Below, piece by piece: positions 10,040 through 18,719 of a stretch of 64,000 nucleotides of DNA. Positions within the stretch are counted from its first letter, which is position 1. The number at the start of each line of letters is the position of its first letter. The position numbers and the translations under genes are program-made. The stretch is taken from the sequence record LC597490.1; one strand, 5' to 3'. The notes under the pieces are model-generated. The model ran no database searches and was not told the DNA's origin. It saw only the letters and a program-made list of their open reading frames with translations.

Positions 10040-10117
10040 TAAAAAAGAGTCCCTTTTCCATAAGGACTCCTCTTTATCCATAAACCAATATGAAAGGAAG
10101 TTAATCAACCAATGCAC
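10040..10117 (-). ncRNA. Predicted ~78-nt small RNA (sRNA-A), antisense to 18940-18965
   Basis: Promoter TTGACA (10150-10145)-N17-TACTCT (10127-10122); terminator stem 10047-10069 plus U6; the first 26 nt are complementary to an RBS/ATG at 18940-18965. Confidence 0.65.
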
Positions 10118-10121
10118 CTAT

Positions 10122-10150
10122 AGAGTATCCATTAGAAATGGAAATGTCAA
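10122..10150 (-). promoter_or_regulatory. Sigma-A-type promoter of sRNA-A
   Basis: TTGACA-N17-TACTCT directly after the stop codon of the NHL gene. Confidence 0.6.
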
Positions 10151-11263
10151 CTACTGTTTTAAAGGAGGGACATCAAGCCATAGCTTACGTATGGAGTGAT
10201 TCCCTGTATCAGCAAACAAGTATCCCGTACCATCCCAGATGAAGTCAATTGGATAATCCATCTTTGCACTACCCTCAATACCATCTTTATATCCACGTTC
10301 ACTACCTGCAACCAGGAATGCTTCATTCTTAGGTCCACCTTTAGGGTCTTTATATACCATAGACTTATACTGATTCTCCCATACTACATAATACAATGCA
10401 TTGTCTTGTCCTATCCATACATCACTCATAGCAGCAGTAGGGTCTTTCCATCTTACAATCTCTTTAGTCTCTCTTGGAGATAAGGTTATACGTATTATAT
10501 ATCCATTCTTAGTACTTACATATATCTCATTCTCTTTAACAAAGAAGTTATAAGGATCAGGATATGTTTCGGCGCCCGTCACTTGTTTCATTTCTCTTGT
10601 ATCCAAATCATACGTAAAGAATTGGAACTGATAGCTTTTACCCAGTGCAAGGATATAGAGTTTATTCCCTACACCTTTCATACGGTAGATAGCATCCATT
10701 TGATTACGTTTCAATGTTTCCATAATACGTCTATCTAACTGATACAACTCTTTATCTTTTACAGTATAGACTTCTTTTGTAGTAGCTAGATATACTTTAT
10801 CCGTTACATACAATCCAGAAGCTATATCTGAGGTTTCTTTCGTCCGAGGTGTTCCGCTTATATCTATAATAGTTTCTATGTTCTTACCATTATACATACG
10901 AAGCTTTGCCTCACCGTGATTACCATCTATAAACCAAATGTTTTTATTCTTATCAATCTGTAGTTTACGAGGGTTTGCCATAGAGTTACTATCTTGGTTA
11001 GGTGTGCCTGTCCCTAGTATAGTAGATACTTCTTGGTCTTTCCCTTTACTAACCTTCTTACCTTGAGGTTGTCCGCCCTGTACTGGCTTCCACCAGCTTT
11101 CCTCCTGAGAAGGGTACTCAAATGTACCATCACTAACTACCTCTTGTTTAGCGGGCTGCTGGGACTGTTTAATGAGTTGCTCTGCGGTTGCAGGACTTAC
11201 TGTACCACCTAGCGAAGGTACTAATAAAGTCAAAGCCATCCACGCTGAATTTACTATATTCAT
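10151..11263 (-). CDS. Secreted NHL-repeat beta-propeller protein
   Basis: Signal-peptide-like N-terminus (MNIVNSAWMALTLLVPSLGG..ATA); NHL-like MANPRKLQIDKNKNIWFIDGNH and GYKDG..AKMDYPIDFIWDGTGYLFADTGNHSIRKL. Confidence 0.8.
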   Translation of the reverse strand: MNIVNSAWMALTLLVPSLGGTVSPATAEQLIKQSQQPAKQEVVSDGTFEYPSQEESWWKPVQGGQPQGKKVSKGKDQEVSTILGTGTPNQDSNSMANPRKLQIDKNKNIWFIDGNHGEAKLRMYNGKNIETIIDISGTPRTKETSDIASGLYVTDKVYLATTKEVYTVKDKELYQLDRRIMETLKRNQMDAIYRMKGVGNKLYILALGKSYQFQFFTYDLDTREMKQVTGAETYPDPYNFFVKENEIYVSTKNGYIIRITLSPRETKEIVRWKDPTAAMSDVWIGQDNALYYVVWENQYKSMVYKDPKGGPKNEAFLVAGSERGYKDGIEGSAKMDYPIDFIWDGTGYLFADTGNHSIRKLWLDVPPLKQ

Positions 11264-11375
11264 CTATACACCACTCCTTATGATATATAGTATAGTCCAA
11301 ATTTATGTAATTTATGCAAATCCTTCTTGAAGTTTTCAGAAAAAATGGATACGATTTAAGAAAGGAGGGGTATAC

Positions 11376-11579
11376 ATGCAGAAGTTTAGTTTCGCTGGGC
11401 GTTATATTGTATTATTATCAGATGATAACGGCGTATTCAAAGTAGAATCTTTCTACCATGAGTTCTATCCGCCAGTTACTGTTTATGAGGGAAACAACAT
11501 TTATGAAGCATGGAAAGTAGTGATGGACCACACAGGTTATGAAACCATCTTACCCAAAGAACTGGAGCAATATCTATGA
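11376..11579 (+). CDS. Hypothetical protein
   Basis: 67 aa, AAAGGAGG SD; first gene divergent from the NHL gene. Confidence 0.8.
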   Translation: MQKFSFAGRYIVLLSDDNGVFKVESFYHEFYPPVTVYEGNNIYEAWKVVMDHTGYETILPKELEQYL

Positions 11580-11671
11580 GTAAGTTAATCCAACACTTCG
11601 AAGATTCTATGGACACTATTATTAGGGATTACCGTAGACGTTTCTTAAAGTCTTTGGGTAGCAAGAGGTAA
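11576..11671 (+). CDS. Small hypothetical protein (31 aa)
   Basis: Hand-read MSKLIQHFEDS...; ATGA overlap with the upstream gene. Confidence 0.55.
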   Translation: MSKLIQHFEDSMDTIIRDYRRRFLKSLGSKR

Positions 11672-11746
11672 GCCATGACAAAAGAGCAAATGATTCGCAT
11701 CATTGAAACAATGACAAGAGCAAACAAAGAGTTTGGAGGTATTTAA

Positions 11747-12115
11747 ATGTTAGAGGGCTTGGGCTATAGAGAGGCAGAGCTTCTTGATGTAGAAGAAGAG
11801 TTTGTTTTAAACAACAACGTTGAGTTCAAACCATTTGTTGCACAGGTTGTACCAATGGAACTGGAGAAGTATAAGGCTTGTACCTTTGATGAAGATGGAT
11901 TCTCTCCTATTACGTATGAGCGCCCACCAGTATATGCACCATACACAATGGGTGTGTCTTCAAATATAAAGACTCTTGTAGCGACGTGGTGGCATGGTGG
12001 TAAGCTCTGGTACATGTTGGAGTGGAGAGACATCTATATGTTTAACTTTACAGAGGAAGAGCGAGAGGAAGCTAATAGCATTATCTTGCGTCTTATTTCA
12101 GATGGGTGGGGTTGA
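11747..12115 (+). CDS. Hypothetical protein
   Basis: 122 aa, GGAGG SD. Confidence 0.8.
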   Translation: MLEGLGYREAELLDVEEEFVLNNNVEFKPFVAQVVPMELEKYKACTFDEDGFSPITYERPPVYAPYTMGVSSNIKTLVATWWHGGKLWYMLEWRDIYMFNFTEEEREEANSIILRLISDGWG

Positions 12116-12116
12116 T

Positions 12117-12434
12117 ATGTGTATTATGACGTATATGGAAATACAAAAGGTATTCTGGGATGGACAAAACAGATTCTGTCATCAACTTGGTATTCAACAA
12201 CCATATGGTATCTCTAGAAAAGAACTATGTGATGAATTAAAAGAACATGTAAAAGGTGAAGACATGATTAAAATCTGGGAGATGGTTATGGGTTGGTGGT
12301 TTCCATCTCGAATCAGAACGCAGTATATGAAGAACGCTTTTGTTACATCCTCAGAATCAGCACGTATACGAGCATATAATTTCAACATGTATCTATTAAA
12401 CAAATGGGAGGGACGTACAGATGAGCATCTTTAA
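12117..12434 (+). CDS. Hypothetical protein, paralog of 12421-12684
   Basis: Start moved to ATG 12117; shares F-C-x-x-LG and WWFPS with the next gene. Confidence 0.8.
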   Translation: MCIMTYMEIQKVFWDGQNRFCHQLGIQQPYGISRKELCDELKEHVKGEDMIKIWEMVMGWWFPSRIRTQYMKNAFVTSSESARIRAYNFNMYLLNKWEGRTDEHL

Positions 12435-12684
12435 TATGTTTTTCCGAGGACGTCATTTTATCTGTAATGAATTAGGAATGGAGCCACCTATCATTACAAA
12501 GGAGCAAGTAAAGGAAGAGATTAAATCGGAAAACAATCAAATCTGGACACTTGTATTTACTTGGTGGTTTCCTTCTATATTAACTACCGCAGAGAACAAG
12601 GCTAGAATGTTGCAGATTACTCCACGAGAAGACCTCATCAAAGCCTACAACATCAACATGAAAATCCTCCATAAATATTCATAA
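12421..12684 (+). CDS. Hypothetical protein, paralog of 12117-12434
   Basis: FICNELG...WWFPS...IKAYNINM. Confidence 0.8.
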   Translation: MSIFNMFFRGRHFICNELGMEPPIITKEQVKEEIKSENNQIWTLVFTWWFPSILTTAENKARMLQITPREDLIKAYNINMKILHKYS

Positions 12685-12728
12685 CACTTCTTATATAAAG
12701 AACGGGCGCATTAGGAAAGGAGAATACA

Positions 12729-12821
12729 ATGTTAATTACTCTTGGACAAGTATTCGGCGTTTGGTTTGGTATTTCGGCTTTACTTTGGACAGTACAACAT
12801 ATATGGGAACGAGCAAAGTGA
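12729..12821 (+). CDS. 30-aa single-TM peptide
   Basis: Hand-read MLITLGQVFGVWFGISALLWTVQHIWERAK; AAAGGAG SD. Confidence 0.6.
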   Translation: MLITLGQVFGVWFGISALLWTVQHIWERAK

Positions 12822-12916
12822 GTGTATTAGATTGTATTATGGTTTCCTTTTACGTTTTAATTTGCTTAGTTCCGATCTATTGGCTGCTCGAAGAATGGAG
12901 AGAGAATAATAAGTAG
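12818..12916 (+). CDS. 32-aa single-TM peptide
   Basis: GTGA overlap; MSVLDCIMVSFYVLICLVPIYWLLEEWRENNK. Confidence 0.5.
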   Translation: MSVLDCIMVSFYVLICLVPIYWLLEEWRENNK

Positions 12917-12973
12917 CTTTTATCTTGTATTAAGAACTGCCTTAGTACTACAAATTGAATATTATTATTTTTT

Positions 12974-13016
12974 GAGATTCGCCTTTTACTATAACGAAGG
13001 GGGGTCTCTTTTTTTT
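12974..13016 (+). terminator. Intrinsic terminator
   Basis: Imperfect stem GAGATTCGCCTT/AAGGGGGGTCTC followed by T8. Confidence 0.7.
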
Positions 13017-13215
13017 GCCCACCCGTACTACTGTGCTTGTCCTATATCATGTCCCACTATAGCAACGAAGGTTTAAAATTTTTCAGCGACAAGGTATATC
13101 CTTTAGTGAGGCTTTTGGAATCTTTCGGTGCCCACCCCTATTGATACAGAGGTCTCATATCATTGTCCAGCTCATGACAACGTAAACCGAGCGTCAACGA
13201 AAGGAAGGTAGGACT

Positions 13216-13404
13216 ATGAACATCTATTCGAACGAGGATATGAAGTCATTAATCCTTGATATGAAGAAGGCTTGTGACACATATCGAGAACTAGCACAGG
13301 AAGCAGAACAACGTAAGGACTATGACAAGGTATTGCACTGGAACACTAGATTATCAGAAGTAGAAGCAAGTGTATTGATGTTATTACCATGTATTGAAGA
13401 TTAA
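13216..13404 (+). CDS. Hypothetical protein
   Basis: 62 aa with SD. Confidence 0.75.
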   Translation: MNIYSNEDMKSLILDMKKACDTYRELAQEAEQRKDYDKVLHWNTRLSEVEASVLMLLPCIED

Positions 13405-13427
13405 TCACACAAGGGGAGGAAGTTATT

Positions 13428-13958
13428 ATGTTTAAAGTATTAAGTAATGAAGGTATTGATAAGTTAGCAATTAAGTTAGTGAACAAGCATATGCCACTCA
13501 TCTTGAAGGACTTAGGATTGGATACTCATGATGGTATTGATAAGCGCATCTTTGTGCATCGAGGTTATTATCATAAGCAAGGTGTTAATGGCTATTGCTA
13601 TACTGACCTTGGTGGTGTACTAGGTGCAGGTGGAGTTATCCTTAATCCTCACTATATACCAGGTAGTGCATACATCGTATTGTATCCACTTGAGATGCTA
13701 CACTACACTAGAGCTGATAGACAGCGTGTTGAGGATACTAGCCATGTACGTCGCTTTACAAGAGCATTCAAGAGAAAGCTTATCTTCACACTAGCACATG
13801 AGCTAGAGCATTATCGTCAGCATTATAGTGGTGACTATTATCAGTATGAAGTAATCTGGGACTTCGGGTTACTGTCACCATATAGAAATCGTCAGTGTGA
13901 GGACCTAGCTAATGAGTATGCAGAGAAGTATATCAAGTCACTGAAAGGGTGGTATTAA
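13428..13958 (+). CDS. HExxH zincin-like metalloprotein
   Basis: TLAHELEHYRQ followed by CEDLANEYA. Confidence 0.75.
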   Translation: MFKVLSNEGIDKLAIKLVNKHMPLILKDLGLDTHDGIDKRIFVHRGYYHKQGVNGYCYTDLGGVLGAGGVILNPHYIPGSAYIVLYPLEMLHYTRADRQRVEDTSHVRRFTRAFKRKLIFTLAHELEHYRQHYSGDYYQYEVIWDFGLLSPYRNRQCEDLANEYAEKYIKSLKGWY

Positions 13959-13959
13959 T

Positions 13960-14583
13960 ATGGGATTACGTACATTCATTCAAGATGTTAAAGAGGTTGT
14001 TATGGCTAACATAGAGGCACAGGGATTACGCCTAGTAAAGAACTATGTAGTAGAGGGTGTTACTATACACCATGATAATGTAGGCATGAAAGCATCAGGG
14101 TTATTGATAGCGGCTTGTACGAAAGGGGAGAATGGGCCAATGATTTATGTAGATGATTTATTCTTCCAACTATCTAAGAATGCACAGAAGTTTGTGGTAC
14201 AACATGAGCTAGGCCATGCACGACTACATCAGAATAAGCGCTTTTTAAAGTTACGCAATACTGTAGAGCTATCCACTCGTTGGATACGCTCTTCTTTTTA
14301 TTATGTCTCAAAAGCAGAACAAGAGGCAGATATGTATGCAATGGTAAAGGTAGGAGACCAGGAAGCTAAGGCTGCATTACGAGAAATCTTCTTTGTCTTA
14401 ACTACTATGAAAGGCATCTATAATCGTGAGGTACTGTTACGGTACTTCATGATTCCTTCTATAGATGAAGAGTTTAAAAACGGAAGAATATTAAGCACCA
14501 ATGAACGTTGGGCTTATGCGGTAGAACAAGTAAAAGATTTTGAAAAACAAGTAGATAAGGAACGAAAGAGTCTTCGTAAATAG
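13960..14583 (+). CDS. HExxH zincin-like metalloprotein
   Basis: VVQHELGHARL followed by EQEADMYA. Confidence 0.75.
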   Translation: MGLRTFIQDVKEVVMANIEAQGLRLVKNYVVEGVTIHHDNVGMKASGLLIAACTKGENGPMIYVDDLFFQLSKNAQKFVVQHELGHARLHQNKRFLKLRNTVELSTRWIRSSFYYVSKAEQEADMYAMVKVGDQEAKAALREIFFVLTTMKGIYNREVLLRYFMIPSIDEEFKNGRILSTNERWAYAVEQVKDFEKQVDKERKSLRK

Positions 14584-14654
14584 AAGGCTCTTTTTTTATA
14601 CAACAAATCTCAGCTTATACAAAGCACATTAAACAATAATTGGAGGAAATGAAA

Positions 14655-15434
14655 ATGAAATTAGCAGAATTAACGGTATTAAAGGAAATGAAAAAGAAAC
14701 GTAAAGGTTTAGTGCGTAGAGGGTTCTATGCATTCAACCACAATGGAAGAGTTCGTCATTTACCAGCTGTAGGCAACATGGATATTCGTGAATCATTAGA
14801 AGTTGAATTTAACCGTATTTGTGAATGGCAAGAACAACAAGATGCATTACAAGCTTTAACTGAGAAAGTAAATGATGATTATGATATCTCGTATGGTGAT
14901 TTAATCCTATCTATTACAGAAGAAATCCATAAGAAGTTGGATGTGGAGCTGGCGGACATCACTCGTGAGAACATCTTAGAAGAGCAACGTCTGCTCCATG
15001 AACCTTCTGGCATGAATATGCGTGAAGAATTAGAGCGTGTATTTAAAAAATTATTCTATAAAACAAAAAGCCTAGCAGATATGCCATTACACAAAGCAGC
15101 TTTAATGGATGAAGTATTTAGTGAGCATAGATTCCAATATGGATTGTATGCAATCAATGTATGCTTTGGACCACATATCGAAGCTCAATCATATAGAAGA
15201 GATGTTGATTTAGATGTAGTACACAAGATGGTAGAGGAAAGCATTGGTGAAATCTTAATGTATCCGTCTATGATTGTGCGTATTGCATCTCGTAAACGTA
15301 ATACGGTAGTAATCCTCCGTGCTTATTCAAAAGGATCAGGAAATATTGATGTTAACTATATAACGACTTACCAATATGATGTAGATGCTCAACCAGTAAA
15401 AGAATATGAATTATTAATCGAAATGGAGGACTAA
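14655..15434 (+). CDS. Hypothetical protein
   Basis: Start moved to ATG 14655 by SD spacing; no motif recognised. Confidence 0.8.
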   Translation: MKLAELTVLKEMKKKRKGLVRRGFYAFNHNGRVRHLPAVGNMDIRESLEVEFNRICEWQEQQDALQALTEKVNDDYDISYGDLILSITEEIHKKLDVELADITRENILEEQRLLHEPSGMNMREELERVFKKLFYKTKSLADMPLHKAALMDEVFSEHRFQYGLYAINVCFGPHIEAQSYRRDVDLDVVHKMVEESIGEILMYPSMIVRIASRKRNTVVILRAYSKGSGNIDVNYITTYQYDVDAQPVKEYELLIEMED

Positions 15435-15438
15435 GAAT

Positions 15439-15975
15439 ATGAATATCTTAGCAAAAACAAAGTTAAATATCCCAACGTATATGTTTCGCAATGAATTAAA
15501 GTTTGCAGGTGATTTCTCTACTGCTGATAAGAACTATGTATATGGTGTATATGATTTCTTAGGATTACAAGAGACATATCAAATCATTAAGTCTGATTGG
15601 TTAGATGATAACACTTCAGGTTTATTTGAGGCGGACAAAAACATTGTATATATCTCGAATAAGAATGAATCAATTGATACAGTAATAGCTCATGAGTTTC
15701 GTCATGCATATCAGAAAGAGAACAAGATGGTATCATGGTTGTCTTATGACATCTTTGGTGAAGAACAAGTACAGTCTTATTGGACTGATTATTTAGAAGT
15801 AGATGCATTCAACTTTGAGTTATGGTATTGCTTTGAGCAAGAGTATATGGAACTACCTATATTAATGACAGACTATGGCATTGAGAACATGGCTGACAAT
15901 AAAGAAGAAGTAGAAGAATTATTGTGGAAACGATATGATATTATCGGGCCACGTCTAAAGAAATATTATATGTAA
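15439..15975 (+). CDS. HExxH zincin-like metalloprotein
   Basis: VIAHEFRHAYQ followed by LEVDAFNF. Confidence 0.78.
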   Translation: MNILAKTKLNIPTYMFRNELKFAGDFSTADKNYVYGVYDFLGLQETYQIIKSDWLDDNTSGLFEADKNIVYISNKNESIDTVIAHEFRHAYQKENKMVSWLSYDIFGEEQVQSYWTDYLEVDAFNFELWYCFEQEYMELPILMTDYGIENMADNKEEVEELLWKRYDIIGPRLKKYYM

Positions 15976-16079
15976 CAACTAGGGGACTAACCATCCCCTC
16001 TAAGGCGTAAGGAGGTGAATCGTCTTAGTACTACTCTGTAAATCTATATGCAGAGAATCACACAAGAGGAGGAAGTTAA

Positions 16080-16376
16080 ATGAAAAAAGGTTTCGCAATC
16101 GGTAGAATGAGTAAAGGTGAAATGAAGATTGAAAGTTTGCAAGATGAAACGATTTTATTATTGAAGAAGAACAATCAAGATGAGCAGCCTGTAGTAGAAG
16201 AACAGTATGAAGAAGAAGTGGTAGAAAGATTATCAGATGTGGTTGAAGAAGAATGTACGGAGATACCTGAGTTCATTCGTAACCGTCGCAATCTATATCG
16301 TTCAGCACCAAGAAGAGAAGAACATAGTGAAAGCTTTATGAAGAAGTTATTAAATAGAATAGGCGGTAAGAGGTAA
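16080..16376 (+). CDS. Hypothetical protein
   Basis: 98 aa, GAGGAGG SD; acidic middle, amphipathic C-terminus. Confidence 0.8.
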   Translation: MKKGFAIGRMSKGEMKIESLQDETILLLKKNNQDEQPVVEEQYEEEVVERLSDVVEEECTEIPEFIRNRRNLYRSAPRREEHSESFMKKLLNRIGGKR

Positions 16377-16382
16377 GTCTTG

Positions 16383-16412
16383 GAGGTGGGGATTATTCCC
16401 TGCCTCTTTTTT
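16383..16412 (+). terminator. Intrinsic terminator
   Basis: Imperfect stem GAGGTGGG/CCCTGCCTC plus T6. Confidence 0.65.
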
Positions 16413-16511
16413 AATCCCAAGGAGGTGAATGGGAATCGCAGTACTCTTACAAATATGTCTGTAAGAAAGATATAGCACAACTAAAAACTTATAAGAACAA
16501 AGGAGAGATTT

Positions 16512-17423
16512 ATGATGATGAAAGAATTAGTAGGAATGATCGTATTGTTAGTAATGGCTGGTGGATTAGGGTATGCATGGTGTGCGTACTTAAACAGAAA
16601 AGAAAGAGAAGATGTAGAACGTGTCGCTGGTCAGTTACAAGGTTATCAAGCATTACTAGGTGGAGTGGAGTACGAAGATGGTTCATTCGAATCTAAAGTA
16701 GAGACAATGGATGGTCGTGTAACAAATGTATTAGTACGTAATATGCCTTTTGGTAGTTTAGAAGAAGCATTAGCAGGTGGATACATGGAGCCTAAAACTC
16801 GTAAGTTCTTAACTTCATTAATTGATGAATTAGATACTGTAGAAGCATTTAAAGAAGAAAAGGTGGAGCAAGTAGCAGCAACAGCAGAAGTACAAACAAG
16901 TGTAGAAAGACACCAAGAACGTAAGAACATTGAAGTTATTGATGGCGGCGTTACTCATGGAAAGATTACTGTATATCGTCCTTGCATGGTTCGTATCCCT
17001 GGAACAAAGAGCTTTGGTATTCGTATTCAGCAAGATGAGAAAACAAACTATCTATACATCTCTAATGTTTACTATCATGCAGAAGACATCGCAGACACAA
17101 GAAGATTAGAGTATGACATGACTAATGTGGAACACGGTAAATCATTCAATGAAACATTCATGCAAAAACATTACAAACGTTTTGAAAGAGAAATGCAGGA
17201 GATTATTTCTATTAGTAATGACATCGAGAGATTCAATCGCTTAATAGATGATGAGATGATTGATGCTAGTGATTTATATAACATTGTATTACTTCCACCT
17301 AAAGTATCTCTTATAGAAAAAGAAGAAGAGGTAGTAGAAGAAACAGTGGAGGATATCGAACTACCAGCAGAACCAGAAAAAGAAGTGTTGGTGTTTGAGG
17401 AAGCAGATACAATCAAGCATTAA
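16512..17423 (+). CDS. Membrane-anchored hypothetical protein
   Basis: N-terminal TM helix LVGMIVLLVMAGGLGYAW; acidic tail. Confidence 0.8.
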   Translation: MMMKELVGMIVLLVMAGGLGYAWCAYLNRKEREDVERVAGQLQGYQALLGGVEYEDGSFESKVETMDGRVTNVLVRNMPFGSLEEALAGGYMEPKTRKFLTSLIDELDTVEAFKEEKVEQVAATAEVQTSVERHQERKNIEVIDGGVTHGKITVYRPCMVRIPGTKSFGIRIQQDEKTNYLYISNVYYHAEDIADTRRLEYDMTNVEHGKSFNETFMQKHYKRFEREMQEIISISNDIERFNRLIDDEMIDASDLYNIVLLPPKVSLIEKEEEVVEETVEDIELPAEPEKEVLVFEEADTIKH

Positions 17424-17486
17424 TAATATCTCACTGAAAGGAGGTGATGAATAGCTTTACCATTATATGAAAGGGGGAAAACGGAT

Positions 17487-17918
17487 ATGAAAGAATTACT
17501 CTGGGTGCTACAAATTCTCTTCTTCTTCTCAAAGAAGCCCAGAGGAGAAAGTCGCACGAGTCGTATATCTAATAAAAAAGTAAACGATAGATTACGACAG
17601 GTCCTACTTACAAGTCGTTGTGCAGACGAGATAAAGTCCGTGGCAGTCTTACGGGGGTTCGACAATACCATGGACATAGATTCGTTGTCATTAATTGAGA
17701 AACGGGCAATTGAACGTGAGAAGTATGCAAGAAACTTAAACCAGCTTATGCATCTATTACATCAAGCGAAGCAACAGTGTCGTGATGATGTATCTAGTCT
17801 GGTAATAAAGATACAAGAGGTAGTAGTCGGGGGACTTACTGCCTTAACACAGAGGATGCAGTATATAAAAACTATTAGAAAAGGGGTAGTTGGAGATGAC
17901 GAAACAGCACACATTTGA
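17487..17918 (+). CDS. Hypothetical protein
   Basis: 143 aa, AAGGGGG SD. Confidence 0.7.
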   Translation: MKELLWVLQILFFFSKKPRGESRTSRISNKKVNDRLRQVLLTSRCADEIKSVAVLRGFDNTMDIDSLSLIEKRAIEREKYARNLNQLMHLLHQAKQQCRDDVSSLVIKIQEVVVGGLTALTQRMQYIKTIRKGVVGDDETAHI

Positions 17919-18381
17919 GTTTAAATTTAAAGATGGAGGAGCAGTCATCAAGACTTTCAGAACAACACATGAGATGGAAGTGTCAGTACCAACAATGACT
18001 CATGGTTATAAGGTGGAGTATGTATTAACAAAAGTAGAGATAGATGTTATTGGTTTATCTGTTCAATTCGAGAAGCAAGTAGGACAGATTGTTCAATCAT
18101 TTACGTTTGCTCCATTTGCTTGCCGTGATGGTTATGTTGGCCGTGCAATGCGTTTACTAGATAACGTTAACAGACAAAGAGAAGCGTTATTCCTATTGAA
18201 GCAAGTAACTGACGAGAATTACATCTCAATCCTGCAAGCCGCAGAGAAACTGGCACAGCGCCAAGTTGGAAAGAACAAATCTAAACCTCGTTCAGAACAA
18301 ATGCATAAAGCTGCGTACGAAAATAGACTGGCTAGAGCGAAACCACAGCCACAGATTAAACTGCCTTGGGACAACAACTAG
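17896..18381 (+). CDS. Hypothetical protein
   Basis: Start moved to ATG 17896. Confidence 0.75.
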   Translation: MTKQHTFEFKFKDGGAVIKTFRTTHEMEVSVPTMTHGYKVEYVLTKVEIDVIGLSVQFEKQVGQIVQSFTFAPFACRDGYVGRAMRLLDNVNRQREALFLLKQVTDENYISILQAAEKLAQRQVGKNKSKPRSEQMHKAAYENRLARAKPQPQIKLPWDNN

Positions 18382-18455
18382 TATAGGGCAAATATACAAA
18401 TAGGCTTCGAGCCTGGGTGGGTAGGCGGGAATAAAAACGGAAAGGATGTTGTTCC

Positions 18456-18719
18456 ATGTTTAAAAAGTTTTGGCAAAAGTTAAAGTCTATTTTCACACAA
18501 CAAGAACCAGTTGTAGAAGTTAAACCTGTTCAAGAAGTACCTGTACGTCACAGTAATCCTGATACTGAGCGTATGGTGAAGTGGGCAGTATTCTCTTATC
18601 ACCTTAGAGAGGAAGCTCTTGAGAGAAAGAAACAAGAAGATGAATTCCGTGACAGCGTAGAACAATGGAGAGAGAACATTCGCAACATAGACGCAATACG
18701 TAGAAGAATTGCACAATAA
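18456..18719 (+). CDS. Hypothetical protein
   Basis: 87 aa; amphipathic N-terminus MFKKFWQKLKSIF. Confidence 0.8.
   Translation: MFKKFWQKLKSIFTQQEPVVEVKPVQEVPVRHSNPDTERMVKWAVFSYHLREEALERKKQEDEFRDSVEQWRENIRNIDAIRRRIAQ

Noticed and set aside
9896-10117. sRNAs as CRISPR-repeat mimics (RNA anti-CRISPRs)
   Set aside because: No resemblance to the Bacillus type I repeats I recall, such as an ATTGAAA[CT] 3' end; a repeat-database search would settle it.
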